DNA of 64,000 nucleotides. It comes from an uncultured Chloroflexia bacterium. Its GTDB lineage: Bacteria; Chloroflexota; Limnocylindria; Limnocylindrales; CSP1-4. The DNA lies in NCBI GenBank assembly GCA_963813335.1, contig CAWEYL010000001.1, forward strand, positions 1,120,001 through 1,184,000, written 5' to 3'. A model generated the notes under the pieces. It worked only from the letters and a program-made list of their open reading frames with translations, made no database searches and had not been told where the DNA came from. The position numbers were made by a program, and so were the translations under genes. Below are positions 19,237-28,577 of this stretch, in pieces (the first letter of the stretch is position 1; each line of letters starts with the position of its first letter).

Positions 19237-20055
19237 CTACGCGTTGGCGCGGCTGAACGTGCGGGCCGCGATCCACACCGAGATCACGGCGAGGACGGCG
19301 GTGACCGCGACACCGATCGCGATCTCCGGATCGCCCCACTGGCCGTTGAACAGCGCCCGGGCCGCGTCCACCGTGTGGGTGAACGGGTTGATCGAGCTCA
19401 GGAACTGCAGCCAGTCCGGCGCGAGGGCCATCGGCAGCAGGATCCCCGAGAGCAGCAGCAGCGGCATCGCGATGCCCTGGACGAGCGGCGCGAACGCGTC
19501 CTCGCTCTTGAGGATCAGCGCCGCCGCGTACGAGAGCGGCGCGACCGCCAGGCCGATCAGGACCAGCAGCGCGAGGACGACGGCGATGCCGGCCGGCTCG
19601 ACGGTGAGGCCGAGCGGGATCGCCAGGATGATCAACAGGATGGCCTGGACCATCAGGATGACGACGTCGCGCAGCGACCGGCCGAGGAGCATCGCGCCGC
19701 GGCTCATCGGGGTGACGCGCATGCGCTCGATGACGCCGCTGCGCAGCTCGGCGATGAGCCCGAACCCGACGAACGCGGTCCCGAAGATCGCGATCTGGAT
19801 GAGCAGGCCGGGCACGAACCAGTTGAAGGCGCTGGTCCCGGTCCCGGCGGCCTTGGTCGCCCCCTCGAGGAGCGGGCCGAACAGGAACAGGTAGAGGACC
19901 GGGAGCATCATCCCGAACACGATCCAGGTGGGCTGCCGGATGGTCAGCCACAGGGACCGGTGGAAGATGAGCCACGTGTCGCGGACGAGCTGCACGGCGG
20001 GATTCCTCGCGGTCACGATCGGCTGGGCGGTGCTGATGGCGGTGGTGGCGGTCAT
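19237..20055 (-). CDS. ABC-2 exporter permease (DrrB-like)
   Basis: About six TM segments; ELRSGVIERMRVTP; NPFTHTVDAARALF; ATGA overlap with the ATPase gene. Confidence 0.9.
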   Translation of the reverse strand: MTATTAISTAQPIVTARNPAVQLVRDTWLIFHRSLWLTIRQPTWIVFGMMLPVLYLFLFGPLLEGATKAAGTGTSAFNWFVPGLLIQIAIFGTAFVGFGLIAELRSGVIERMRVTPMSRGAMLLGRSLRDVVILMVQAILLIILAIPLGLTVEPAGIAVVLALLVLIGLAVAPLSYAAALILKSEDAFAPLVQGIAMPLLLLSGILLPMALAPDWLQFLSSINPFTHTVDAARALFNGQWGDPEIAIGVAVTAVLAVISVWIAARTFSRANA

Positions 20056-21035
20056 GCCGCAGGCTCCTCTCGAAGGGAACGTCCGGTCTGGCGAAGGAAG
20101 ACGTCGTCGAGGCTCGGCCGGGCGAGCGTCAGCGTCCGGGCGCGGAGGTTGGCGGCGTCGAGCAGCCGGATGAGCTGCGGGACGGCGCTGTCGCCCTGGT
20201 CGACATAGAGGCGGACCACGCCGTCCTCGGCGGATGCCTCGCGGACGAAGGACTCGGCGCGGACCAGCTGGAGGACCTGCTCGCGGTCGCCATCGACGCC
20301 GAGCGTGATGACGTCGCCGGCCACCTGGCGCTTGAGCTCGTCGGCGGTGCCCTCCGCCACGATCCTGCCGTGGTCGATGATCGCGAGGCGGTCGGCGAGC
20401 GCGTCGGCCTCCTCGAGGTAGTGGGTGGTGAGGAAGACGGTCGTCCCGGCCTCGCGCAGCCTGCGGATCTCGTCCCACATCCGGGCGCGCGCCTGCGGGT
20501 CCAGCCCGGTCGTCGGCTCGTCGAGGAACAGGACGCGCGGGCGGTGGACGATGCCGAGGCCCACGTCGAGCCGGCGGCGCATCCCGCCGGAGTAGGTAGT
20601 GGTCGGGCGGTCGGCGGCGGCGGTCAGCTCGAGCGCGTCGAGCACCTCCGCCGCGCGGCGCTGGGCCGAGGTCTTGTCGAGGCCGTAGAGCCGGCCCTGG
20701 ATCACGAGCTCGCCGCGGCCGGTCTCGGCCGGGTCCGTCGAGCCGCCCTGCGGCACGTAGCCGATCCGGCGGCGGACCTCCTGCGGCTCGCGGGCGAGGT
20801 CCACGCCGGCCACGGTCGCGCGGCCGCTCGTCGGCTTGAGCAGCGTGGCGAGCATCCGCAGCGTGGTGGTCTTGCCGGCGCCGTTGGGTCCGAGGAAGCC
20901 GAAGATCTCGCCCGCTTCGACCCGGAGGTCGACGCCGCGCACGGCCTCGACCGTCCCCTTCCGGACCTTGAAGGTCCGGCGCAGGTCCTCGGTCTCGATC
21001 ATCGGCGCGCCGGGGCCGGTCGAACTGTTCATCAT
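20052..21035 (-). CDS. ABC exporter ATP-binding protein (DrrA-like)
   Basis: GPNGAGKTT, YSGGMRRRL, FLDEPTTGLDP, TTHYLEEA; AGGAG RBS. Confidence 0.93.
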   Translation of the reverse strand: MMNSSTGPGAPMIETEDLRRTFKVRKGTVEAVRGVDLRVEAGEIFGFLGPNGAGKTTTLRMLATLLKPTSGRATVAGVDLAREPQEVRRRIGYVPQGGSTDPAETGRGELVIQGRLYGLDKTSAQRRAAEVLDALELTAAADRPTTTYSGGMRRRLDVGLGIVHRPRVLFLDEPTTGLDPQARARMWDEIRRLREAGTTVFLTTHYLEEADALADRLAIIDHGRIVAEGTADELKRQVAGDVITLGVDGDREQVLQLVRAESFVREASAEDGVVRLYVDQGDSAVPQLIRLLDAANLRARTLTLARPSLDDVFLRQTGRSLREEPAA

Positions 21036-21100
21036 GGTGTCCTCTCCTGTGCTCCGCTGCTGGTCGGCGGTCACTTGCGCCTTTTCGCATTGTGGGTCAA

Positions 21101-21145
21101 TATCTGCGCAGGGCAGATAATCACCTACACAGGAGCACATGTCAA
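21101..21145. promoter_or_regulatory. Divergent drrAB/marR control region: palindrome TATCTGC-N5-GCAGATA overlapping a minus-strand TTGACA-N17-GATTAT promoter
   Basis: Perfect 7-bp inverted repeat at 21101-21119; TTGACA is the reverse complement of 21140-21145; -10 at 21117-21122. Confidence 0.65.
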
Positions 21146-21146
21146 C

Positions 21147-22235
21147 ATGGACAAGCGACAGGGCATCGACGAGGTCGTTCGAGCCCTTCGGCGGGTCAAC
21201 TTCCAGGGATCGATCTTCGGCCAGTCCGTGGCCATCCGGCTCGGCCTGTCCGAGTCCGACATCGACGCCCTGGAGCTGCTCATCGATACGGGCGCGGCGA
21301 CGGCCGGGAAGCTCTCCGAGGTCATGGGCCTCACCACGGGCGCGGTCACGCGCGTGATCGACCGCCTCGAGCAGGCCGGCTACGTCCGGCGCACCACCGA
21401 CCCGGCCGACCGCCGGCGGGTCGTCATCGAAGTGGTCCCCGAGCGGGTCGCGACCGTCGAGTCACTGCTCGATTCGCTCGAGCACGCCGCGGCGGCGGAC
21501 GCGGAGCGCTACTCCCCGGAGCAGCTGGCCACGATCAACGACTTCCTCTCGCGGATGGCCGACCTCACCCAGACCGAGGCGACCCGCATCCGGACCGACA
21601 CCACCGAGCACCCGTCGGACCCGGTCGGGCCGTCCGAGCACTCGGCGCCGCTCGGCGGGCTCACGGCGGCCCGGCTGACGTTCCGCGCGGGCGCGCAGGA
21701 CCTCCGCCTGCGGACCGCCAAGCCGGGCCTGGACCTGTACCGCGCCCGCTTCGACGGCGCGACCCCGCACGTGCGCGTGCGCGACGGGCGCGTGCTGGTC
21801 CAGTACCGCGGCATCCCGTTCGACTGGCGCAAGCGCGTGGCGACGATGACGCTCAACCCGTCGATCCCGTGGGCGATCGAGATCGTCGGCGGGGTCAACC
21901 GCATCGAGGCCGACCTCATCGAGCTCGACCTGGAGCGCCTCGAGGTCACGGGCGGCTCCGAGCGGACCCAGCTCGAGGTCGGTCGGCCGCACGGCGAGGT
22001 CCCGATCCGGATCACGGGCGGCATCAAGATCATCCGCCTGGAGCGGCCGGCGGGCATCCCGATCCGGCTCGCGATCTCGGGTGGCGTCAGCTCCGTCGAG
22101 ATCGACGGCCAGATGACCGGCCACCACGGCGGCAACACCTCGATCGAGACGCGCGGCTGGTCCGAGGCCATCGACCGCTACAGCCTGGAGATCACCGGCG
22201 GCACGAAGACCGTCACGATCGTCGAGCGCCGCTAG
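21147..22235 (+). CDS. MarR-family regulator with C-terminal beta-rich (adhesin/LiaF-like) domain
   Basis: LTTGAVTRVIDRLEQAGYVRR..DPADRRRV, then repeated I-x-GG beta motifs. Confidence 0.85.
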   Translation: MDKRQGIDEVVRALRRVNFQGSIFGQSVAIRLGLSESDIDALELLIDTGAATAGKLSEVMGLTTGAVTRVIDRLEQAGYVRRTTDPADRRRVVIEVVPERVATVESLLDSLEHAAAADAERYSPEQLATINDFLSRMADLTQTEATRIRTDTTEHPSDPVGPSEHSAPLGGLTAARLTFRAGAQDLRLRTAKPGLDLYRARFDGATPHVRVRDGRVLVQYRGIPFDWRKRVATMTLNPSIPWAIEIVGGVNRIEADLIELDLERLEVTGGSERTQLEVGRPHGEVPIRITGGIKIIRLERPAGIPIRLAISGGVSSVEIDGQMTGHHGGNTSIETRGWSEAIDRYSLEITGGTKTVTIVERR

Positions 22236-22241
22236 TCGGCC

Positions 22242-22700
22242 CTAGCCGCGGAGGCGCTCGACGGTCTTCGCCGCGCGGCGCTCGCGGGTCTCGGCCTGCT
22301 TGCCCTCGGCGACGTGCTCGGCGTATTCGCGGCGGTGCGAGGGGGCGAGCGCGTCCCAGGCGGCCGTCGCGGCCGGGTCGGCGGCCAGCGCCGCGGCCAG
22401 CTCGGGCGGGATCGCGATATCGGCGGAGCGCGAGCGCTCGTCGCGCTCCAGGTCGAACTCGACCGTGTCGCCGTTGGCCTTGCCGAGCGAGGTCCGGACG
22501 GCCTTGTTGACGACCATCATCACGGTCTTGCCGTGGCCCTCGACCGTGTAGGGCATGAACTGGTTGCGGAACGGCCGGCCGTCGATCGTGCCGACCACCG
22601 AGGTCCGGCCCGTGACCTTGAGCGCGGCGACCACCTCGGCCGGGATCTCGACGAAGGTCCCCAGGGGCGCCGGCAGCAGCTCCACGGTGAAGCGGACCAC
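22242..22700 (-). CDS. DUF1905 / YdeI-OmpD-associated family protein
   Basis: VVGTIDGRPF..; IPPELAAALAADP..WDALAPSHRREYAEHVAEGKQAETRERR. Confidence 0.8.
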   Translation of the reverse strand: MVRFTVELLPAPLGTFVEIPAEVVAALKVTGRTSVVGTIDGRPFRNQFMPYTVEGHGKTVMMVVNKAVRTSLGKANGDTVEFDLERDERSRSADIAIPPELAAALAADPAATAAWDALAPSHRREYAEHVAEGKQAETRERRAAKTVERLRG

Positions 22701-22702
22701 CC

Positions 22703-23398
22703 CTACGCCTCGGGCGAACGGCGCTCGAGGTGGGCGAAGAACTCGGCGCGGGTCCGGTCGCGTGTCCGGAACAGCCCGAGCACGGACGACGTGGTCATGA
22801 TCGTGCCGGGCTTGCGGATGCCGCGCATGACCGCGCAGAGGTGGGTCGCCTCGATCACGACGCCGACGCCCTGCGGCTCGAGCCGGTCCTGGAGGAACTC
22901 GGCGACCTGCTGGGTGAGCCGCTCCTGGACCTGGAGCCGGCGCGCGTAGGTCTCCACGATGCGCGGGATCTTGGACAGGCCGATGACCCGGCCGCGCGGG
23001 ATGTACGCCACCGCCGCGGTCCCGAAGAACGGCAGCAGGTGGTGCTCGCACAGCGAGTAGAACGGGATGTCCTTGACCACGACCATCTCGCTGTAGGCGA
23101 CATCGAAGACGGCGTTGTTGATCAGCCGCTCCGGGTCGACGTGGTAGCCGGCGGTCAGCTCGGTGTACATCCGGTGGACCCGGCCCGGCGTCCCGACCAG
23201 GCCCTGGCGGTCCGGGTCCTCGCCGATCTCGACCAGGATCTCGCGGACGGCCGCCTCGACGCGCCCGTTGTCGCCGGACGGGTGGCGGCTGGCGGCGCCG
23301 CTGATGTCGTCGGCGGCCACGTCGGACTCGCCGATCTCGGATTCGATCTCCTCGACGAGGCGTCGGACGTTGGGTGGCAGGTCGGTCGGGCTGGGCAA
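22703..23398 (-). CDS. folE: GTP cyclohydrolase I
   Basis: [49 protein letters not shown]; TTG start after GGAGG. Confidence 0.95.
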   Translation of the reverse strand: MPSPTDLPPNVRRLVEEIESEIGESDVAADDISGAASRHPSGDNGRVEAAVREILVEIGEDPDRQGLVGTPGRVHRMYTELTAGYHVDPERLINNAVFDVAYSEMVVVKDIPFYSLCEHHLLPFFGTAAVAYIPRGRVIGLSKIPRIVETYARRLQVQERLTQQVAEFLQDRLEPQGVGVVIEATHLCAVMRGIRKPGTIMTTSSVLGLFRTRDRTRAEFFAHLERRSPEA

Positions 23399-23455
23399 GG
23401 CGGGCCTCCAGGTGAGGGCTGCGATGGTACGTCGCTCGCTGGTAGGCTGCGAGCC

Positions 23456-23962
23456 ATGACCCATCCACGCGCCGACCAGCTCCGGTTCGCCCGTTCCGAA
23501 TGGCAGCGCGGGCTCGTCGGGCTGAGCGACGAGGACGCTCGCAAGCGCCTCCTGCCGATGAACTCGATCTCCTGGATGATCGGCCACCTCGCGTGGCACG
23601 AGCGCCTGATCTGGTTCGTGCGTGGGCAGGGGCTCGAGGTCGAGCCGATCCTCGACGCGGTCGCGTCGGGGCAGCCCGCGACGACGCCGCCGCTCGACGA
23701 GATGCTCGCGGTCTGGGCACGGATCACGGCCGCCGCCGACCCGTTCATCGACACGCTGACGACCGAGGCGCTCGAGGTGCCCCTCCCCTTCGACAAGCGC
23801 GAGCCGCCGTCGGTCGCCGGGTCGCAGTTCCAGCGCATCACCTACCACTACTGGAACCACATCGGCGAGGCCTCGGCCGTGCGCCAGATCCTGGGCCACG
23901 CCGACGTGCCCGAGTACGTGGGCGACCTCGACGGGCTGGCGCCCTACCGGCGGGAGACCTAG
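23456..23962 (+). CDS. DinB family protein
   Basis: [14 protein letters not shown] and YHYWNHIGE (His triad). Confidence 0.85.
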   Translation: MTHPRADQLRFARSEWQRGLVGLSDEDARKRLLPMNSISWMIGHLAWHERLIWFVRGQGLEVEPILDAVASGQPATTPPLDEMLAVWARITAAADPFIDTLTTEALEVPLPFDKREPPSVAGSQFQRITYHYWNHIGEASAVRQILGHADVPEYVGDLDGLAPYRRET

Positions 23963-24001
23963 CCGGGTCGGTTCGCGGGCGCCCTCGGCCCGGGCGGCCC
24001 G

Positions 24002-24637
24002 TCAGCCCGGGCGGCCGCGGCGGCCCAGGTAGTCGTGCCAGAGCAGGCGCGCGGCCACGGAACGCCAGGGCCGCCACGCCTCGCCGATCGCGCGCAGCTC
24101 TTCAGCGTCCGGGCGGTGGTCGAGGCCCTTGACCTCGGCGGCCGCCTGGGCCAGCGCGATGTCGCCCACGGGCCACACATCCGGGCGGCCCAGCACCATC
24201 AGCAGGTAGATCGACGATGTCCACGGCCCGATGCCCGGCATCGCCTCGAGCGCGTGGCGGACGCCGTCGTCGTCGAGCCGATGCAGACCGTCGAGGTCGA
24301 GCCCGCCCGAGCGCACTGCGGCCGCCAGCTCGCGGCTGTAGCGCGCCTTCTGGCGGCTGAACCCGAACGCGAGCAGGTCCGCGTCGCTGAACCCGAGGAA
24401 GCGCTCCGGGGTCGGCATGCCGTCCGAGGCTGCGGCCAGCCGGTCGAAGGCGGCCTGCGCGGACGCGAGCGAGACCTGCTGCTCGAGGATCAGGTGGACC
24501 AGCGTGGCGAAGCCGGGCGCGCGGTCCCACAGCGGCGGGATGCCGTGGCGGGCCACGATCTCGGCGAGGTCGGCGTCACGCGCCGCCAGCACCGCGACCG
24601 CGGCGGCCAGGGCGGTCCCGTCGAGCGGCTCGATCAG
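24002..24637 (-). CDS. alkA: DNA-3-methyladenine glycosylase II (AlkA/HhH-GPD family)
   Basis: ILEQQVSLASA, MPGIGPWT, RPDVWPVGD, WRPWRSVAARLLW. Start uncertain (CTG overlapping the upstream stop). Confidence 0.85.
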   Translation of the reverse strand: MIEPLDGTALAAAVAVLAARDADLAEIVARHGIPPLWDRAPGFATLVHLILEQQVSLASAQAAFDRLAAASDGMPTPERFLGFSDADLLAFGFSRQKARYSRELAAAVRSGGLDLDGLHRLDDDGVRHALEAMPGIGPWTSSIYLLMVLGRPDVWPVGDIALAQAAAEVKGLDHRPDAEELRAIGEAWRPWRSVAARLLWHDYLGRRGRPG

Positions 24638-25749
24638 ACGACCGAGCCGCCGGCCGCGAAGCCGCCAGCGGGGAGCGGATCGAACGGCCGCCCCTCGGCC
24701 CCGCGCAGCCACGCCCGGGCGTTCTCGCCGAGCGACGGGCGGTGGTAGCCGCCCTCCTGGAGGACGACCAGCCGGCGCCCGAGCGCCGCGACCCGCCGGC
24801 CGACCTCGTGGTAGACGTCGGTCGTGAGCGCGAAGTCGCCGATCGGGTCGAGCCCGTACGTGTCGAAGCCGAGCGACACGACGACCACCGAGCCGGGCAC
24901 CGCCGCCATCGCCTCGACCGCGCGGTCGGTGGCCTCGAGGTAGTCCTCGTTGGTCGCGCCGGCCCGCAGCGGCAGGTTCAGGTTCTCGCCGGCACCCGGG
25001 CCCTCCCCCGTTTCGTCCGCGCGACCGAGGAAATACGGGTAGGCGCGCTGCGGGTCGGCGTGGATCGAGACGTAGCGCACGTCGCCGCGGCGCCAGAAGA
25101 TCTGCTGCGTCCCGTTCCCGTGGTGGTAGTCGACGTCGAGGATCGCCACCCGCTCGCCCGTGGCGCGCGTGATCGCTTCGGCCGCGATCGCGGCGTTGTT
25201 GAAGAAGCAGTAGCCGCCGTACATCGAGCGGGCGGCGTGGTGGCCGGGCGGCCGGCACAGGCCGTAGGCGACCGCATCCCCGCCGAGGACGAGGTCCACC
25301 GCGGTGAGCGCCGCGTCCACGGCGCCGCGCGCCGCGACGTACGTGCCCGCGACCAGCGGTGCGGCGGAGTCCAGGCCCCAGTACCCGGCCCGCCCGCCGA
25401 CGTGCTCCGGCTCGCGCACGAGCGACTCGATCGCTTCGGCGCTCATCCCCTCGAACATCGCGCGGTTTGGGTACGTGTCGGCCGACAGGAACGGCACCGT
25501 CTGCTGCTGGCGGCGCACCTCGTGCCAGGCGACCTCGAGGAAGCGGAGGAGCCCCTCGTCGTGGACGGCGGTGATCGGTGCCTCGCCGTGCTCGGTCGGG
25601 GCGACCACCTCGTAGCCGCCGTCGGCCTCGAGCGTGCGGCGGATGATCTCGGCGCGCTCCGCCACCTCGTTGGCCGGGACCCCCTGGCCCATGTAGGTCT
25701 CGGTCGTGATGTCGTGGCCCAGGTGGCTCGGCGTGTAGACGACCCGCAT
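24634..25749 (-). CDS. Histone-deacetylase family protein (acetylpolyamine amidohydrolase-like)
   Basis: RPPGHHA, GYCFFNNAA, LDVDYHHGNGTQ, SLGFD, QEGGY. Confidence 0.9.
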   Translation of the reverse strand: MRVVYTPSHLGHDITTETYMGQGVPANEVAERAEIIRRTLEADGGYEVVAPTEHGEAPITAVHDEGLLRFLEVAWHEVRRQQQTVPFLSADTYPNRAMFEGMSAEAIESLVREPEHVGGRAGYWGLDSAAPLVAGTYVAARGAVDAALTAVDLVLGGDAVAYGLCRPPGHHAARSMYGGYCFFNNAAIAAEAITRATGERVAILDVDYHHGNGTQQIFWRRGDVRYVSIHADPQRAYPYFLGRADETGEGPGAGENLNLPLRAGATNEDYLEATDRAVEAMAAVPGSVVVVSLGFDTYGLDPIGDFALTTDVYHEVGRRVAALGRRLVVLQEGGYHRPSLGENARAWLRGAEGRPFDPLPAGGFAAGGSVV

Positions 25750-26703
25750 TCAGGCCCCTCGATCGGCGGTGTCGCTCGCGACCGACAGGATGGCCGCGCT
25801 CACCGCATCCGGACGGTAGCGCATCAGGTTGTGGCCATCGTGGCGGAACGGCACCGTGCGGATCGGCGGGCGGCCGGCGGAGGCGCGCGCGGCGTCCACG
25901 GCGGCCATCGCCGCGTCGCGAGTCCCTGGCCGGTCGTCGGACGGGTCGGCGGCCAGCAGCGCGACGATCGGCGCGTCCACCGCGGCGAGGGCCGCGACCG
26001 GGTCGTAGTCGAACATCGTGCGCACGCACGCGGCCGTGACGTGCGGCCGCGTCGTCGGTACCACCCGTCCGGCGTGCGTCTCGACCACGCTCGCTCGCGC
26101 CGCGCGCTCCTGGTCGGCGTCCCACGTGGCGGGGTCGAAGCCCTGGCGGTCCGCGAGGAACGCGGTCATCGAGCGCATGACCTCGGGCGGCTCGTCGAGG
26201 CCGCGCATGAACTCCTCGAGGTCGAGGCCGGTCGAGGCTTCGATCGACTCCCAGCCGCCGTCGACGAGCACCAGCCCCGCGCAGCGCGGACCGAGCGCCC
26301 GGGCGGCCTCGGCGGCGACCATCGCCCCGAATCCGTGCCCGACGAGGACGACGCGGTCCGCCAGCTCGGCGAGCAGGCCGGACCCCTCGGCGACCGCGAT
26401 CGCGTCCTCGGCGAGGACCGGGAGGTCGTAGGCGTCGGTCTCCGTCGGCGCGTCGGACAGGCCGTGGCCGCGCAGGTCCATCGCCACGACCGAGCGGACG
26501 CCGCGGACCCGCCGCGCGACCGGCGACCAGATCCAGGCGGTCCCCCCGAGCCCGTGGATGAGCAGGACGCCGGGCCCGTCCGCGGCGACCGGGCCGCCCC
26601 AGTCGAGGAAGTGGACGCGGTCGCCGGGGGCGATCTCCACGACGAACCCCTCGGGCTCGGCGGTCGGGTCCGGGGCCGGGACGACGGGCGTGCGGGTCTC
26701 CAT
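25750..26703 (-). CDS. Alpha/beta-hydrolase fold protein (nucleophile elbow GHGFG, no Ser)
   Basis: LIHGLGG, MDLRGHGLSD, LVGHGFGA, DGHNLM. Confidence 0.8.
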   Translation of the reverse strand: METRTPVVPAPDPTAEPEGFVVEIAPGDRVHFLDWGGPVAADGPGVLLIHGLGGTAWIWSPVARRVRGVRSVVAMDLRGHGLSDAPTETDAYDLPVLAEDAIAVAEGSGLLAELADRVVLVGHGFGAMVAAEAARALGPRCAGLVLVDGGWESIEASTGLDLEEFMRGLDEPPEVMRSMTAFLADRQGFDPATWDADQERAARASVVETHAGRVVPTTRPHVTAACVRTMFDYDPVAALAAVDAPIVALLAADPSDDRPGTRDAAMAAVDAARASAGRPPIRTVPFRHDGHNLMRYRPDAVSAAILSVASDTADRGA

Positions 26704-26725
26704 CGACCCGTAGGATACGGGCGCC
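26704..26725. promoter_or_regulatory. Bidirectional overlapping -10 elements (TAGGAT / TATCCT) inside palindrome CCCGTA-GGA-TACGGG
   Basis: Only 22 bp separate two divergent ATGs; no RBS for either gene. Confidence 0.55.
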
Positions 26726-27136
26726 ATGGCCAAGCGCCGACGGGGCGCGCGGAGCGCCCCACCCAGAGCCAGCCGCCACCGCCCGTTCGACGAGCTCGTC
26801 GACGACGCGCTGGCGACGATCCCGATGCCGTTCGCGGCCGCCCTCGACGAGGTCGCGATCGTGATCGCGGACGAGCCGTCCGCCGAGCAGCGGCGCGAGA
26901 ACGACCTCGGCCCGGACGACACGCTCTACGGCCTGTACGAGGGCGTGCCGCGCACCGAGTGGGCCGCCGACTGGGCCGCGGCCCCCAACCGGATCACGCT
27001 CTTCCGTCTCCCGCTCGAGGAGGACTTCGCCGACCCCGACGACCTCGCCGACGAGGTCTGGCTCACCGTGGTCCACGAGCTGGCCCACCATCTGGGCATC
27101 GACGACGACCGGCTCCACGACCTGGGCGTGGACTGA
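26726..27136 (+). CDS. Zincin-like metallopeptidase (DUF1025/Zincin_1)
   Basis: LYGLYEGVP, RITLFRLP, TVVHELAHHLGIDDD. Confidence 0.88.
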   Translation: MAKRRRGARSAPPRASRHRPFDELVDDALATIPMPFAAALDEVAIVIADEPSAEQRRENDLGPDDTLYGLYEGVPRTEWAADWAAAPNRITLFRLPLEEDFADPDDLADEVWLTVVHELAHHLGIDDDRLHDLGVD

Positions 27137-27194
27137 GGCGAGAGCGGGCGCCGGGGCGGGCGCCGCGTCCCGACCGGGCGTGGCGTGACGACGT

Positions 27195-27367
27195 TTCCGT
27201 CAGATGACCTTCAGGCGGTCCTTGGTCACCACGCGACCGCCCGAACCGGCCGGTCTCGGCCGGAATTCTGGGCTCCTCGAGGCCGATCCCCTGCCAGATG
27301 TCGCCCAATCGGATCATCTGCCGGGATCTCTCTGACGAGTGCCCGCCTGGTGGTCATCTGTCAGGAA
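27195..27367. repeat. Nested inverted-repeat element (MITE/REP-like or structured RNA) between convergent genes
   Basis: 18-bp arms at 27201-27218 and 27343-27360 (16/18 complementary) enclose internal hairpins that reuse CAGATG/CATCTG. Confidence 0.6.
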
Positions 27368-27443
27368 CCGGACCCGATCGAGCCGCGCGGCGAGGGAACC
27401 CGACCGACACGGGGACATGACGACCACTCTGGCCCGCGAGCCT

Positions 27444-28577
27444 CTAGCCGAGGACCTGCAGGATCCCGATCAGGCCGGCGACCCCGAGCGCCATCCAGGC
27501 GATCAGCGGCCGGGTGATCCAGCGGAACGGTCGCTGGCCCGGTCGCCGGACATCGGGGTCGCCACGACCGCCCTCGCGAACGTGCTCGAGGCCGTAGGTC
27601 GCGTGGGTGAGCCCGACGAACATCACGACCTGCGGCGCGATGGCGATGGCGGTCACCGTGTAGACGAGCGTCCCGATGGCGAAGACGCCGATGACGATCC
27701 CGACCGTGATGAGCATCAGCCCGAGCGTTCCGGACTCCGGGCCGAGGCCCGCCGCATCCGCGGCCCGGAACGCGAGGTCCAGCCCCACGCCGAGCCCGAA
27801 CAGGATCAGCAGCTGGGCGACGGTGTCGAACAGGGCGACGACGATCGCCGCGACCTTGCGGGCGTTGAAGACGCGGAGCGAGCGGCGGAGCGCCTCGATC
27901 GCCGACACGTCGCCGAGGACGATCCCGGTCAGGAGGTACGCGAACGGCGCGCCGAGCAGTGCGGTCACGATGAGCGTGACGATGACCGCCGCGTCGCCGC
28001 TGAAGTCGGTCGAGGTCCCGAACCAGCCCACCATCCAGTCCTGGAGCAGCTGCAGCGGGATGCCGATGATGAGGGTCGCGGCGAGCGCCCGCAGGAAGAC
28101 CATCCGCGCCCGCGCCAGGGCCTGCCGGACGGTGATCGGGCGGCCGACCAGCCGCGCCCCGAGGAGCGACGCCGCGATGATCCGGCCGTCGACGTTGGCG
28201 ATGATGAAACCGACCGCCGCGATGAAGAGCAGGAACCGATCCCACGCGTCATAGGTCGGGCCCAGGACGACGAGGCTCTCGAACTCGGTGCGCGACACGT
28301 CGGTGACGACCGTGGCCCAGGCGGCCAGCGCGAGCGGCGCGAGGGTCCCGAGGATCACGATGCCGATGTAGAACGACGCGGGCCGCATCTCCTGCGACGA
28401 CCGCATGAGCAGGTCGAAGCTGGCACCGAGGAGGCGCCGGGTCGACTCGACCGGCGGCATGGGCGGGGCCGGCGGGACCGGGATCGCCGGCTCGTCGGGC
28501 AGCCCGGCCTCCGGGACGATGGCCGCCTCCGGGACGATGGCCGCCTCGGCGACCGCGGCGGCCTCGGGATCGCTCAC
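27444..28577 (-). CDS. Hypothetical polytopic membrane protein
   Basis: Multiple TM segments; GTGA overlap with the upstream dehydratase; EALRRSLRV motif. Confidence 0.7.
   Translation of the reverse strand: MSDPEAAAVAEAAIVPEAAIVPEAGLPDEPAIPVPPAPPMPPVESTRRLLGASFDLLMRSSQEMRPASFYIGIVILGTLAPLALAAWATVVTDVSRTEFESLVVLGPTYDAWDRFLLFIAAVGFIIANVDGRIIAASLLGARLVGRPITVRQALARARMVFLRALAATLIIGIPLQLLQDWMVGWFGTSTDFSGDAAVIVTLIVTALLGAPFAYLLTGIVLGDVSAIEALRRSLRVFNARKVAAIVVALFDTVAQLLILFGLGVGLDLAFRAADAAGLGPESGTLGLMLITVGIVIGVFAIGTLVYTVTAIAIAPQVVMFVGLTHATYGLEHVREGGRGDPDVRRPGQRPFRWITRPLIAWMALGVAGLIGILQVLG

Noticed and set aside
28507-28546. 18-bp tandem duplication
   Set aside because: In-frame low-complexity N-terminal linker (EAAIVP x2); unremarkable.
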